Below, piece by piece: positions 48,635-58,321 of a stretch of 64,000 nucleotides of DNA (position 1 is the stretch's first letter; every line of letters starts with the position of its first letter). The position numbers and the translations under genes are program-made. Below the pieces are notes generated by a model, which saw only the letters and a program-made list of their open reading frames with translations, did no database searches and was not told where the DNA came from. This stretch comes from Candidatus Staskawiczbacteria bacterium (GTDB taxonomy: Bacteria; Patescibacteriota; Minisyncoccia; Minisyncoccales; Staskawiczbacteraceae), in assembly GCA_016196125.1 (NCBI GenBank), contig JACPYG010000006.1, positions 54,511 through 118,510 on the forward strand, written 5' to 3'.

Positions 48635-51345
48635 TACCTGGTTGATGATTTTTCTAATTTTTGAGGTTCTTCCATTTTAGAAAAAGTTTTTGGCGTATCA
48701 AATACAATTTTCCCGTCTTTTGCGTCAATTAAAACTCTGCTTCCTTCTGTTATTTCATTAACAACTATCTTAATCGACAAAGGGTCCAAAATTAATCTTT
48801 GAATTACTCTCTTCAATGGCCTTGCTCCCAAATTTGGATCAAATCCGTCTTTAACTAATAATTCTTTTGCTTTTTCAGAAATTATAATTTTTATCTCTTT
48901 TGTTTTTAATCTTTTTTCAACTTTTAACAGTTCCAACTCAACAATTTTTTTAATTTCTTCTTTTCTTAAATAGTTAAATATTACAATTTCGTCAATTCTA
49001 TTCAAAAACTCCGGCCTAAACTGGTCTTTTAGGGAATCGCCTATTTTATCTTTCATCGATTCTCTTTCCGATATCTCTTCTTTTGTATTAAAACCAATTG
49101 AAGACATTTTATTTATATAGTCTGAACCGACATTTGAAGTCATTATTATAATCGTATTTTTGAAAGATACCATCCTGCCCTTTGAGTCTGTAAGCCTTCC
49201 ATCTTCAAAAATCTGAAGTAAAATATTAAAAACTTCGGGATGCGCTTTTTCAACCTCATCTAATAAAATAACAGAATACGGCCTTCTTCTAACTTTTTCT
49301 GTGAGTTGACCGGCTTCTTCATAGCCGACATATCCCGGAGGCGAACCAATAATTTTAGAAACAGTGTGGCGCTCCATATATTCTGACATATCCAATCTTA
49401 TCATGGCTTTTTCATCGTCAAATAAAAATTCGGCTAAAGCTCTGGCAGTTTCAGTCTTACCGACTCCGGTTGGACCTAAGAATAAAAATGATCCTAATGG
49501 TTTGCTTTCTTCGGAAATACCGGCCCTTGCCCTTCTTATCGCTCTTGATATGGCCGAAATTGCCTCTTTTTGGCCAATAACCCTTTTATTTAAAATATCT
49601 TCCATTGTTTCCAATTTTTTAGCTTCTTCCGTAATAAGTCTTGTAACAGGAATGCCGGTCCAACGCGAAACAACTTTGGCAACCTCTTCTTCGGTTACTT
49701 CTTCTTTCAAAAAATGATGGGTCTCTTGAAGCTTAATTAATTTTTGCTCAACTAATTTCAGCTCTTTTAAAAGCTGGGGTATTTTACTGTATTTTATTTC
49801 AGCCACCTTTTCCAAATCAGCTTCTCTTTGGGCAATTTCTGTTTGATAAGAAAGTTCGTCAATTTTTTTCCTGATGTCTTTTATTTTATTAATTAATCCT
49901 TTTTCTGCGTCCCATTTGACTCTAAGTTCTTTGGTTTTCTCTTTCAGATCGGCCAATTCTTTGGCAATTACTTTTAACCTCCTTTCAGAACCTTTTTCTT
50001 TTTTTAAAGCCTGTTTTTCTATTTCAAACTTTGTAATTTCTTCTTCGTATTTTTCTAATTCCTGCGGTTCTGATTCAATTTCTAATCTCAAAGCCGAAGC
50101 CGCCTCATCCATTAAGTCAACCGCTTTGTCTGGTAAAAACCTGTCAGAAATATAGCGGCCGCTTAATTCAACAGCTGCTTTAATAGCGGAATCTTTAATT
50201 CTTACTCCATGATGAACTTCGTATTTTTCTTTAATGCCTCTTAATATTGCAGTTGCATCTTCGGCCGAAGGTTCTTGGACATAAATCGGCTGAAATCTTC
50301 TTTCTAATGCCGGGTCTTTTTCAATATATTTTTGGTATTCTTTCAAAGTTGTGGCTCCAATTGCCCTTAATTCTCCTCTTGCTAAAGCCGGCTTCAATAA
50401 ATTTGAAGCGTCAATTGCGCCTTCAGCGGCCCCGGCTCCAACCAAGGTATGAAGCTCGTCAATAAATAAAATATATCGGCCGTCGGTACGGTTAATTTCT
50501 TTCAACAGGGCCTTTATTCTTGTTTCAAATTCGCCTCTGTATTTTGTGCCGGCAATTATCAGCCCTAAATCCAAAGAAATTATTTCTTTATTTTTCAAAA
50601 ACTCCGGCACATTGCCCCTTGCAATTCTTTGGGCAAATCCTTCTACGATTGCTGTTTTTCCAACTCCGGCCTCACCAATCAACACAGGATTATTTTTAGT
50701 CCTGCGGGATATAATTTGCATCATTCTTCTAATTTCATTATCTCTGCCGACTATCGGATCAATTTTTCCGGCAGCAGCCAAATTAGTCAAGTTTCTGGTA
50801 TATTTTTCAATTACCTGATATTTTGACTCTGGCTCCGGGTCTGTAATTTTTTGCCCGCCTCTTATTTGTGAAAGAATTTTCAAAACTTCTCCATAATCAA
50901 GCTTTGAAGTTTTTAAATTATTTGAATCTCCCAAAGAACTGAAAAATGTAACCTTTTCTAAAATTTCTTTGGCGCCTGATTTAGTGTCTAATAATGATAG
51001 AAAAAAATGCTCAACAGAAATAAACTCGTCTCCCATTTTTATTGCTTCCTGTCGCGCTCTGTCTAAAACCTTTGCCATATCCTGCGTTAAGTAAAATTGG
51101 CCGAAAACAGTCGGAGCCGCAATCGTTGGAATTTTTATAATTTGCGCTTCAACTTTCTTTTTTAAGGAGTCCAAATCAACCCCCAGCTTTAAAAGTATAG
51201 TTAAAACCACGCTGCCATCCTGCGAGAGCAAAGCAAAAAGCAGGTGCAGAGCGTCTATTTGCTGCTGTCCTTTTTCTTGAGCCAACTGCTGAGCCGACAT
51301 TATGGCATCTTGAGCTTTATTTGTAAAATTAGCCCCTCCGTTCAC
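48634..51345 (-). CDS. clpB: ATP-dependent disaggregase ClpB
   Basis: GEAGVGKT and GPTGVGKT Walker A motifs, long middle domain ending AEIKY..IP, GARPLKR; GTG start. Confidence 0.93.
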   Translation of the reverse strand: MNGGANFTNKAQDAIMSAQQLAQEKGQQQIDALHLLFALLSQDGSVVLTILLKLGVDLDSLKKKVEAQIIKIPTIAAPTVFGQFYLTQDMAKVLDRARQEAIKMGDEFISVEHFFLSLLDTKSGAKEILEKVTFFSSLGDSNNLKTSKLDYGEVLKILSQIRGGQKITDPEPESKYQVIEKYTRNLTNLAAAGKIDPIVGRDNEIRRMMQIISRRTKNNPVLIGEAGVGKTAIVEGFAQRIARGNVPEFLKNKEIISLDLGLIIAGTKYRGEFETRIKALLKEINRTDGRYILFIDELHTLVGAGAAEGAIDASNLLKPALARGELRAIGATTLKEYQKYIEKDPALERRFQPIYVQEPSAEDATAILRGIKEKYEVHHGVRIKDSAIKAAVELSGRYISDRFLPDKAVDLMDEAASALRLEIESEPQELEKYEEEITKFEIEKQALKKEKGSERRLKVIAKELADLKEKTKELRVKWDAEKGLINKIKDIRKKIDELSYQTEIAQREADLEKVAEIKYSKIPQLLKELKLVEQKLIKLQETHHFLKEEVTEEEVAKVVSRWTGIPVTRLITEEAKKLETMEDILNKRVIGQKEAISAISRAIRRARAGISEESKPLGSFLFLGPTGVGKTETARALAEFLFDDEKAMIRLDMSEYMERHTVSKIIGSPPGYVGYEEAGQLTEKVRRRPYSVILLDEVEKAHPEVFNILLQIFEDGRLTDSKGRMVSFKNTIIIMTSNVGSDYINKMSSIGFNTKEEISERESMKDKIGDSLKDQFRPEFLNRIDEIVIFNYLRKEEIKKIVELELLKVEKRLKTKEIKIIISEKAKELLVKDGFDPNLGARPLKRVIQRLILDPLSIKIVVNEITEGSRVLIDAKDGKIVFDTPKTFSKMEEPQKLEKSSTR

Positions 51346-51439
51346 TCTTCACCCATACGAATTTATAATTTGTAAATATTTTAATTCGCTGGTATTAACG
51401 TAATATTTTCAAACTCTTCACTCATCTTTGGGTGAAGAG
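51345..51439. mobile_element. MITE-like element, CTCTTCACCC family (95 bp, TSD TTCA), in the clpB start codon
   Basis: TIR ctcttcaccca/tgggtgaagag; TTCA at 51341-44 and 51440-43; extra internal TIR copy at 51414-24. Confidence 0.8.
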
Positions 51440-51508
51440 TTCATAGTTTAATGTTTTATAATGCTATTCTATTCTAAAACTTAAAAAAATCAAGTGTTAA
51501 TTTTTGAT

Positions 51509-52759
51509 TTATTCGCTCCTTTCTCCTAAAATAACATCAATATTTAATTCATTGCCGTCTCTTAGAACCTTCAAAATTACTTTATCTCCCGCATTATATT
51601 TTGCGATAATTCTTGTCATTGAATTGTCTGTGGTTATTTTTTCACCGTTAAATTCTAAAATAATATCTTCTGATTCAATTCCTGCCTTATCTGCGGCTGA
51701 ATCTTTTATTATGGCTGGCTCTCCCTCATTCCCTTTTTTGACCCATGCGCCATAGTCAACCGGCAATTTATTTTTTTCTTTTATCTGCTCATTAATTAAA
51801 ACATATCTGACCCCTAAAAACGGATAAACTATTTTGTTGCCTTTTGAAACTTGCTCAATATCTTTCTTGGCTCTGTTTATGGGAATAGCAAAACCAATAG
51901 CTTCCGCTCCTTGGGCCATTGCTGTATTTATACCGATAACTTCTCCCTTCAAATTTAATAAAGGTCCGCCGGAATTTCCCGCATTAATTGCGGCATCTGT
52001 CTGTATAATATCTTCTAATGTTTCTGAAAATCCTCCTTGGCCTGAAGCAAGAATAGTTCTTCCAAGGCCCGAAATTACCCCTACTGAAACTGTATTGCGA
52101 AATTCACCTAAGGCATTGCCAATAGCAATAGCGCTTTGGCCAATTTGTATTCCTGAAGAATCGCCAAGTTGTATTGCTTTGAATTTTTTGTCACTTTCAA
52201 TTTTGATTATAGCTAAATCCTGGACTGGGTCTAATGCCAAAACTTTAGCTGAAAATTTTTGACCGTCATTGGTAAAAACGGTATATTCTGCTTTTTTATC
52301 CAAAACCACATGCTTATTTGTCAGAATGAGACCATCTTCTGAAACTATAAATCCAGAACCGCTTCCCACCTCTTGCTGTTTTGTTCCTTTTTGAATATAT
52401 CGTGGAATTTCAAAACCTGGAATGCTTAAATCTCCAAACGGATCAATCCATTGTTGCTCATAAACTGGAAGATTTTTTGTGATAATAATGCTTACAACCG
52501 AAGGAGATGATTCTTTTACGGAATTAATTATTGATTGCTCATAAGAAACCTGGGGGATATATCTATTTTCAATAATTTTTTCAGTTTTTGGCCCATACAA
52601 AAAAGACCTTACTTGATCCCCGGAGGCAAAACCAACTGCAAAAAATATAATAAAAGCCAATGCTGAAACCCAAGCAACCTTATTTTTCTCGTTAAATGCC
52701 TCTTTTATTGTTTTTTTAAACTTAGGAGCATTAAACTCTGGTAAATTATAAAGACTCAT
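51509..52759 (-). CDS. htrA: HtrA/DegP serine protease with PDZ domain
   Basis: GSGSGFI, TNKHVV, DLA, QTDAAINAGNSGGPL, PDZ; N-terminal TM. Confidence 0.92.
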   Translation of the reverse strand: MSLYNLPEFNAPKFKKTIKEAFNEKNKVAWVSALAFIIFFAVGFASGDQVRSFLYGPKTEKIIENRYIPQVSYEQSIINSVKESSPSVVSIIITKNLPVYEQQWIDPFGDLSIPGFEIPRYIQKGTKQQEVGSGSGFIVSEDGLILTNKHVVLDKKAEYTVFTNDGQKFSAKVLALDPVQDLAIIKIESDKKFKAIQLGDSSGIQIGQSAIAIGNALGEFRNTVSVGVISGLGRTILASGQGGFSETLEDIIQTDAAINAGNSGGPLLNLKGEVIGINTAMAQGAEAIGFAIPINRAKKDIEQVSKGNKIVYPFLGVRYVLINEQIKEKNKLPVDYGAWVKKGNEGEPAIIKDSAADKAGIESEDIILEFNGEKITTDNSMTRIIAKYNAGDKVILKVLRDGNELNIDVILGERSE

Positions 52760-53441
52760 GTTTTTGCAATTTAATAATTTTGTATTCCAACAGCATTTTA
52801 AAAATTTTAAACCACATTTTAGGACTTTTAATAAATTTGCTGTTCTGAACTCCGCCACATCTTTTTAAATTGGGAATTGGAACTTCTTTTATGGTAAAAC
52901 CTTTATTTATTGCCTTAATGTTCATTTCTGTTTCAATGTCAAAATCATCGCTTTGCAAATCAAGGGCATCCCAGTCTTTTCTGCGAATTGCCCGAAATCC
53001 TGCCAACGGATCGGAGACTTTTAAACCCAAAATAGAAGAAACCGGATTAGCTATTGCGCTATATAACTGAAAAAACTGTCTCATTTCAGGATCTTCTTTA
53101 TTAAACTTAGTTAAACTTCTGCAACCCAAAACAAGTTGATTATTCTCTAATTTTTTCAACAACGCTGGAATAAAATCCGCAGGATCTGTTCCGTCTCCGT
53201 CAAGAAATATCAATACATCTCCACTGCTTTGTTTTACGGCTTCTTTCATTTGCCAACCCTTGCCTTTTTTTTCTAATCTTAAAACTTTAACTCCCAAACT
53301 TTCTGCAATTATCGGAGTCATATCGCTTGAAGCATCAGCAACTATCACCTCGGAAAATTCCCTGATTTTTTTTGGTATAGAACAGATAACTTTGGCAATG
53401 CCCTCTTCCTCATTAAGGGTAGGAATAATAATGCTTAACAT
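52746..53441 (-). CDS. GT2 glycosyltransferase (polyprenol-phosphate glycosyltransferase-like)
   Basis: IIIPTLNEE, FLDGDGT, D...GFRA, FDIETE. Confidence 0.85.
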   Translation of the reverse strand: MLSIIIPTLNEEEGIAKVICSIPKKIREFSEVIVADASSDMTPIIAESLGVKVLRLEKKGKGWQMKEAVKQSSGDVLIFLDGDGTDPADFIPALLKKLENNQLVLGCRSLTKFNKEDPEMRQFFQLYSAIANPVSSILGLKVSDPLAGFRAIRRKDWDALDLQSDDFDIETEMNIKAINKGFTIKEVPIPNLKRCGGVQNSKFIKSPKMWFKIFKMLLEYKIIKLQKHESL

Positions 53442-53474
53442 ATTATTGTTTTGAATAATAAATGAAATTATGCG

Positions 53475-54596
53475 TTAAATCTGCGAAACAACAAAATCAA
53501 CTATATCTTCTGCCGCGCGAGGCTTTTGAATCTTTTTGCAATTACTTCTCATTTTTTCTAATTTATCCGGTTGTGAAAATAAATCAACAACTGCTCTGAT
53601 AATTTCTTTTGTATTCTTAACCTTAACTCCTGCATTGTTATCAACTAAATAATTGATATTATCTTCTTCTTGGCCGGGGATAGTTTTATAGACAATCATC
53701 GGCAGATTCTTAACTAAACACTCTGCCGTAGTTGAACCGCCTGCCTTGGATAAAATTAAATCTGATATTGCCATAAAGCTTTCCATATTTGAAACTAAAC
53801 CAAAAATTCTTACGGATGCTATTTTTTTTAATTCTGAATTTTCTAATTTTTTTTGCAAGACCCTATCGCGTCCGGCCACGATAATAAATTGCACTGAATT
53901 ACTTCTTTCCTTCACTCCTAAAACAACTTTCAGCAAGTCATTATATTTTAATTGCCCTCCTATAATCAGTAAAACTGGCCGGGAAGAATCAAGGTTTAAA
54001 TTTTCTAAAATTTCATAGCGGTCTTGGGGCTTATTAAATGAAGACTTTACCGGAATGCCAGTAATTTTTATTTTATTCAAATTAACTCCGTGGTCAAGCA
54101 GTGACTTTTCCATTTCTTTATTGGCCACAAAATAATAATTAATATCAGGATTGTGCCATAAAGGGTGAAAACCGAAGTCGGTGCAAACATTGGCGGATAA
54201 AACATCAATAATTCTTTTTTCTTCTATTAAGGAAACCAATTGAAGGGGCAAAGGATTTGTGGCCAATATGAAATCAGGAGAAAAATCTTTGACAAAAGAA
54301 ATAAACTGATTTTTTTTTACAAAGAATAAAGTCATTTGTTCTAAAACTCTCTGGATTAACTTATTATTATAGCTGTCATAAAATATTTTAAAAATAAATG
54401 GAGCTTTAGCTACAATATGGTTGTAGAAATAAGGATATCCGTGTTTAAGAAGGCCGTAAAGAAAATCAAACGAATCAGCATCTTTAATTTCAACCTCTGG
54501 GTACTTTTTTAAAAAAACTTCCACAATGGCTCGGGCTGGCATTAAGTGGCCCATGCCCGGTTTTCCATGTAAAATTAGGACTTTCTTTTTTTCCAT
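53475..54596 (-). CDS. UgtP/MGDG synthase-like GT28 glycosyltransferase
   Basis: GMGH..PA, CTDF..H..W, TGIPV, KAGGST..E, PGQEEDN. Confidence 0.85.
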   Translation of the reverse strand: MEKKKVLILHGKPGMGHLMPARAIVEVFLKKYPEVEIKDADSFDFLYGLLKHGYPYFYNHIVAKAPFIFKIFYDSYNNKLIQRVLEQMTLFFVKKNQFISFVKDFSPDFILATNPLPLQLVSLIEEKRIIDVLSANVCTDFGFHPLWHNPDINYYFVANKEMEKSLLDHGVNLNKIKITGIPVKSSFNKPQDRYEILENLNLDSSRPVLLIIGGQLKYNDLLKVVLGVKERSNSVQFIIVAGRDRVLQKKLENSELKKIASVRIFGLVSNMESFMAISDLILSKAGGSTTAECLVKNLPMIVYKTIPGQEEDNINYLVDNNAGVKVKNTKEIIRAVVDLFSQPDKLEKMRSNCKKIQKPRAAEDIVDFVVSQI

Positions 54597-54598
54597 CT

Positions 54599-54856
54599 CT
54601 ATTTTGTTTTTTGGTATTTCAAAATTATAAAATAAATAACAATTACAAAAAACAATGAAAAAATATTGCCAAAGAAATTATTGAATGCATCCGGATAGAA
54701 TAAATCTGCACCCAATATATTAAAATAGTTAATAAGATATAAATCGCCAGAAATTACCACCGCAAAAAAGACAACGAGCATATGAATTATAGCCGAAAAC
54801 AGCATCAGGATGAATAATGCGTTTATGTATTTATTTTTCACTATTTTAATATTCAT
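54599..54856 (-). CDS. Small two-TM membrane protein
   Basis: Two hydrophobic segments; tightly packed in the operon. Confidence 0.65.
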   Translation of the reverse strand: MNIKIVKNKYINALFILMLFSAIIHMLVVFFAVVISGDLYLINYFNILGADLFYPDAFNNFFGNIFSLFFVIVIYFIILKYQKTK

Positions 54857-54898
54857 AGAAAATTTAATTTATTATAATTTTCCTATTCATAATATTCA

Positions 54899-55900
54899 TT
54901 ATTGATTAAACAATTTTTTGGCTTCGTTCCATATTGCGGGTTGTCTTTGGTTTTCTTTCATCCAATACCACCATTCGGCGCCCCAAAGATAAAATTCTTT
55001 CAAACCGGTTTCTTTTGCGTATTTGATATTTTCTTTGAATTGTTCTAAATTCATTGTTTTTTCTTGTTCTTTCAGGGGAACATCATAAAAAAGTTCATTC
55101 GCCCATGGTTCCGCTTGTAATTCTGTGTTTATCACATCCTTCCCAAACATCTTTTTTATTATTTGGGCCTTCCGCCAGTAATGAACAGGCGGTAAAAATG
55201 ACTTGATATAAAAACCGAAAATATTATTTATGTTGCTCCAAACTTTTCTATACATGGTTATTCCGACTATATCTCCTATTTTTGCCGCTCCAAACCACAT
55301 TGACTGTTCCCCGGAATCAGAAACAATAATTGACCTTGCAGAATCGAGTGATTTTACCAGCTCTGCTTCTTTTTTTAAAAAATTTTTATCGTACCAAGGA
55401 CATTCTCCAAATTTAAAAAGCGGCTCATTTTCCACTTGCCAAAAAATGATTGATTTGGAATTTTTATACCTTAAAACAACTTCTTTGATATATTTTAATA
55501 TTTCTTGCTGTTGCTGCTGTTTTGAAAGGCCATTCGCCCATCGAGGAACATGGCATTCAGGCCAGCGGCCAGTTTTCATGCCAACAACATATATCAAATT
55601 AACCCCGCGGCTTTCGGCTTCATTTATTTGCCAATCTATGTCATCAAAATAATAACTGTCTTTTGTTCCTTCAATAAAATCCCAATTAGTTACTAATTTT
55701 ATATTCTTTACGCTTAAATCATCCAGTAAAGCAAGATAAACTTCTCTCCAGTTGAGTCTTAAGTTTTCCGCCTGCATTTGGGAAAAATTAACCCCCCATA
55801 TGATATTTTTTTGCTTTGGAGCCTTGCCAATAAAAAAATACAAAAAAATTATAAATAATACGATTAAAACTAAAATTATTATTTTTAGCATTTTATTCAT
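54899..55900 (-). CDS. Membrane-anchored clan GH-A glycoside hydrolase (GH5/GH42-like)
   Basis: N-terminal TM; WQVENEP (acid/base), TELQAEPW (nucleophile), LWGAEWW. Confidence 0.75.
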   Translation of the reverse strand: MNKMLKIIILVLIVLFIIFLYFFIGKAPKQKNIIWGVNFSQMQAENLRLNWREVYLALLDDLSVKNIKLVTNWDFIEGTKDSYYFDDIDWQINEAESRGVNLIYVVGMKTGRWPECHVPRWANGLSKQQQQQEILKYIKEVVLRYKNSKSIIFWQVENEPLFKFGECPWYDKNFLKKEAELVKSLDSARSIIVSDSGEQSMWFGAAKIGDIVGITMYRKVWSNINNIFGFYIKSFLPPVHYWRKAQIIKKMFGKDVINTELQAEPWANELFYDVPLKEQEKTMNLEQFKENIKYAKETGLKEFYLWGAEWWYWMKENQRQPAIWNEAKKLFNQ

Positions 55901-57203
55901 TTTTAGATTCTATTATTTTTTCTATGTTATAAGTTCCTAATTTTTCTATTTCAATAAAGCCCTGCATTGCAATTTCTGCAAAGTCTCCGGTATTTAATAA
56001 ATCAAAAAACCATTGGTCGATATATTTTGGATTTTCTTGCGGGGTCCCCGCTCCGATATGCAAAAGCCATCTCTTGTTGAAATCCTCCTGCGAACCGATA
56101 GAAGGAGCAATAATAATAGGAATCCCCAATCCGGCATAAAAAGAAAGTTCTGAAGGTTTGGTCCATAAAACGTCTGTTTCTCTTAAAGCCTGATTAAACT
56201 TCTCAAAATACTCTTTCGTTGTTTTAGCAGATAATATATGGACCCATCCGTCTAATTTCAAACCCCTGACATTGTCGGTAAAATATTTAGTTAGCTCAAT
56301 TCTGGTACCCACAGCAATAATTATTCTAAGCTTGTTGTTCTTTATTTTATCTTTTAGGCTATTTACAGCTTTTAGCCCTATTTCTTTCTGGGCGCCAGCT
56401 CCTCCAATAGAAAACATTATTGTCAAAGGATGGTCTGATTTTTTTGGCAAATCCCCCAAATAACCCTGAATTAAAGGTTTATATAATTGTCTATATTTTA
56501 ACTTGGGATCAAGGTTTATAATACGATTTCTCAAATCCTCTTTTAAAATTTCCATATCTTTGCCTATATTTTCTTTTGGCAACGGATAGCCTGTTAAAAA
56601 TATTTTTTGAGGATCTACTCCGTAAAGCTTTAGTCTGTCCCTTACCCATGTACACGGAGCAAAATATTTAATTTTGCTTTTTTTAGGATCCAAAGAAGCC
56701 CAAACCCTGGCAATATCAGCGTCGCAGACAACACAATAAATATCATTTGGATATTGAAAGTGTTCTGCCATGAAGGCTGGCGTAAAAAAAGTGCTGATTA
56801 TCGGCAAATGGTTTTTTTTGAACCTCAAAATTAAATCTTCGCCCCAGCCTTTTTTTATAAAAGAAAAAATAACTTTGATATTAGAATCGGGACGGGACAA
56901 ATCTCTTTTGGGATAATAACTAAGAATTCTCTGAAACTTATCAAGAAAAGAAAAAATTATATTGCCAATAAGAGGAATTCTCTTGAATCTTGAAATAAAT
57001 TCATAAAGCGATTTTGTCGCATGCCAAAACCTCCTATCTTTTTCCGGAATACCGTCATAACTATTAGCGTTAATAACTTTTCCAGAAAAGGCAAGGTCTC
57101 TTAAAGGATAAGCTGTTCTCTGATGGCCATAACCCATATCGGCCGCAACAACCCATGCCCTTCGTTGTGATTCAGGACTTTCAGTTTTTTTATTATTAAT
57201 CAT
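55893..57203 (-). CDS. Divergent UgtP-like GT-B protein
   Basis: DMGYGHQR, CDADI, TGYPL, GGAGAQ, TKPSEL, GSQE..N mirror the GT28 motifs. Confidence 0.65.
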   Translation of the reverse strand: MINNKKTESPESQRRAWVVAADMGYGHQRTAYPLRDLAFSGKVINANSYDGIPEKDRRFWHATKSLYEFISRFKRIPLIGNIIFSFLDKFQRILSYYPKRDLSRPDSNIKVIFSFIKKGWGEDLILRFKKNHLPIISTFFTPAFMAEHFQYPNDIYCVVCDADIARVWASLDPKKSKIKYFAPCTWVRDRLKLYGVDPQKIFLTGYPLPKENIGKDMEILKEDLRNRIINLDPKLKYRQLYKPLIQGYLGDLPKKSDHPLTIMFSIGGAGAQKEIGLKAVNSLKDKIKNNKLRIIIAVGTRIELTKYFTDNVRGLKLDGWVHILSAKTTKEYFEKFNQALRETDVLWTKPSELSFYAGLGIPIIIAPSIGSQEDFNKRWLLHIGAGTPQENPKYIDQWFFDLLNTGDFAEIAMQGFIEIEKLGTYNIEKIIESKNE

Positions 57204-57301
57204 ATTATTTTGATTGTATCATACATCTTGAAAAATTTTAATATTCTGATAGTATGAAAACATGGTTTTTGGCACTTTAATTAGAAAAAATAATCTGCCT
57301 C

Positions 57302-57338
57302 AAAAAAACAAAAGCCGCAATGACAAAGTCCTGCGGCT
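57302..57338 (-). terminator. Terminator after ftsZ
   Basis: agccgca...tgcggct stem followed by a U-rich tail on the minus strand. Confidence 0.7.
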
Positions 57339-57396
57339 GTTTATTTGCAAACTACAAATTAAATAAAAAGAATAAAAATTATTTTTGACGGAGTCG

Positions 57397-58317
57397 CTAG
57401 AGCTTGGTTGCTATGACGGTAATTTTTATTTCACCTTTCAAGAGAGTGCCGTCTTTTACCGCTCCAAAAATTATTTGCGATTTTGCGCCAACGTTTTTAG
57501 TAATAACTTTTGCCGCTTCCTGAATCTCATTTAAAGTTATGTCCTGACCCGAAGCATTGAACAAAACTCCCTTTGCTCCCTTAATCGAAAAATCCAACAA
57601 AGGAGAATTAATTGCCTTTGTCGCCGCTTCTATTGCGCGATTTTCGCCCTTTGCCCTGCCAACGCCAAAAAGCGCACGGCCTGAGTTTTTCATAATTGAT
57701 AATACCGAAGAAAAATCAATATTTATAATTCCGGGAACCAAAATTAAATCTGTTATGCCTTGCACTGCCTCTCTTAAAATGTCGTCGCAAATTAAAAAAG
57801 CGCTTGATACTGTTGTTTTTTCGTTGATTATGCCTAAAAGCTTGTCGTTAGAAATAATTATTAAGGAATCAACTTTCTCTTTAAATTTTTGTAAGGCATT
57901 TTCTGCGACTCTTTTTCTTTGTTCGCCCTCAAAAGAAAACGGAGTTGTAACCACTGCTATAGTTAAAATACCCAAATTCCTTGATATTTCGGCAATGACT
58001 GGCGCAGCTCCGCTTCCAGTTCCGCCGCCGAGGCCGCAGGTAACAAAAACCATATCCGAATCTTTTAAAATTTCCGATATTTCCTCTTTTGATTCTTCTG
58101 CGGCTTTTTTACCCAATACAACATCCATCCCCGTTCCAAGTCCTTTTGTTGTATCTTTTCCTATGAGAATTTTTTTACTGACTTTGCAAAAATGCAATGC
58201 CTGAGCGTCCGTGTTTGCGGCAATCAACTCTACGCCCTGAATATCAAATTTTGTCATTCGGGAAACCGTATTGGATCCAGACCCTCCAACTCCTATCACC
58301 TTAATTTTCGGATTCAT
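57397..58317 (-). CDS. ftsZ: Cell division protein FtsZ (no C-terminal tail)
   Basis: GVGGSG, NTD, GLGGGTGSG, PF.FEG, ITVIAT*. Confidence 0.93.
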   Translation of the reverse strand: MNPKIKVIGVGGSGSNTVSRMTKFDIQGVELIAANTDAQALHFCKVSKKILIGKDTTKGLGTGMDVVLGKKAAEESKEEISEILKDSDMVFVTCGLGGGTGSGAAPVIAEISRNLGILTIAVVTTPFSFEGEQRKRVAENALQKFKEKVDSLIIISNDKLLGIINEKTTVSSAFLICDDILREAVQGITDLILVPGIINIDFSSVLSIMKNSGRALFGVGRAKGENRAIEAATKAINSPLLDFSIKGAKGVLFNASGQDITLNEIQEAAKVITKNVGAKSQIIFGAVKDGTLLKGEIKITVIATKL

Positions 58318-58321
58318 ATGT

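Noticed and set aside
51345-51444. TGA-to-Gly recoding (code 25), since all three in-frame stops in the clpB insert are TGA
   Set aside because: Many genes here end in TGA with ATGA coupling and long ORFs are intact under code 11; two of the TGAs come from the TIR sequence itself.
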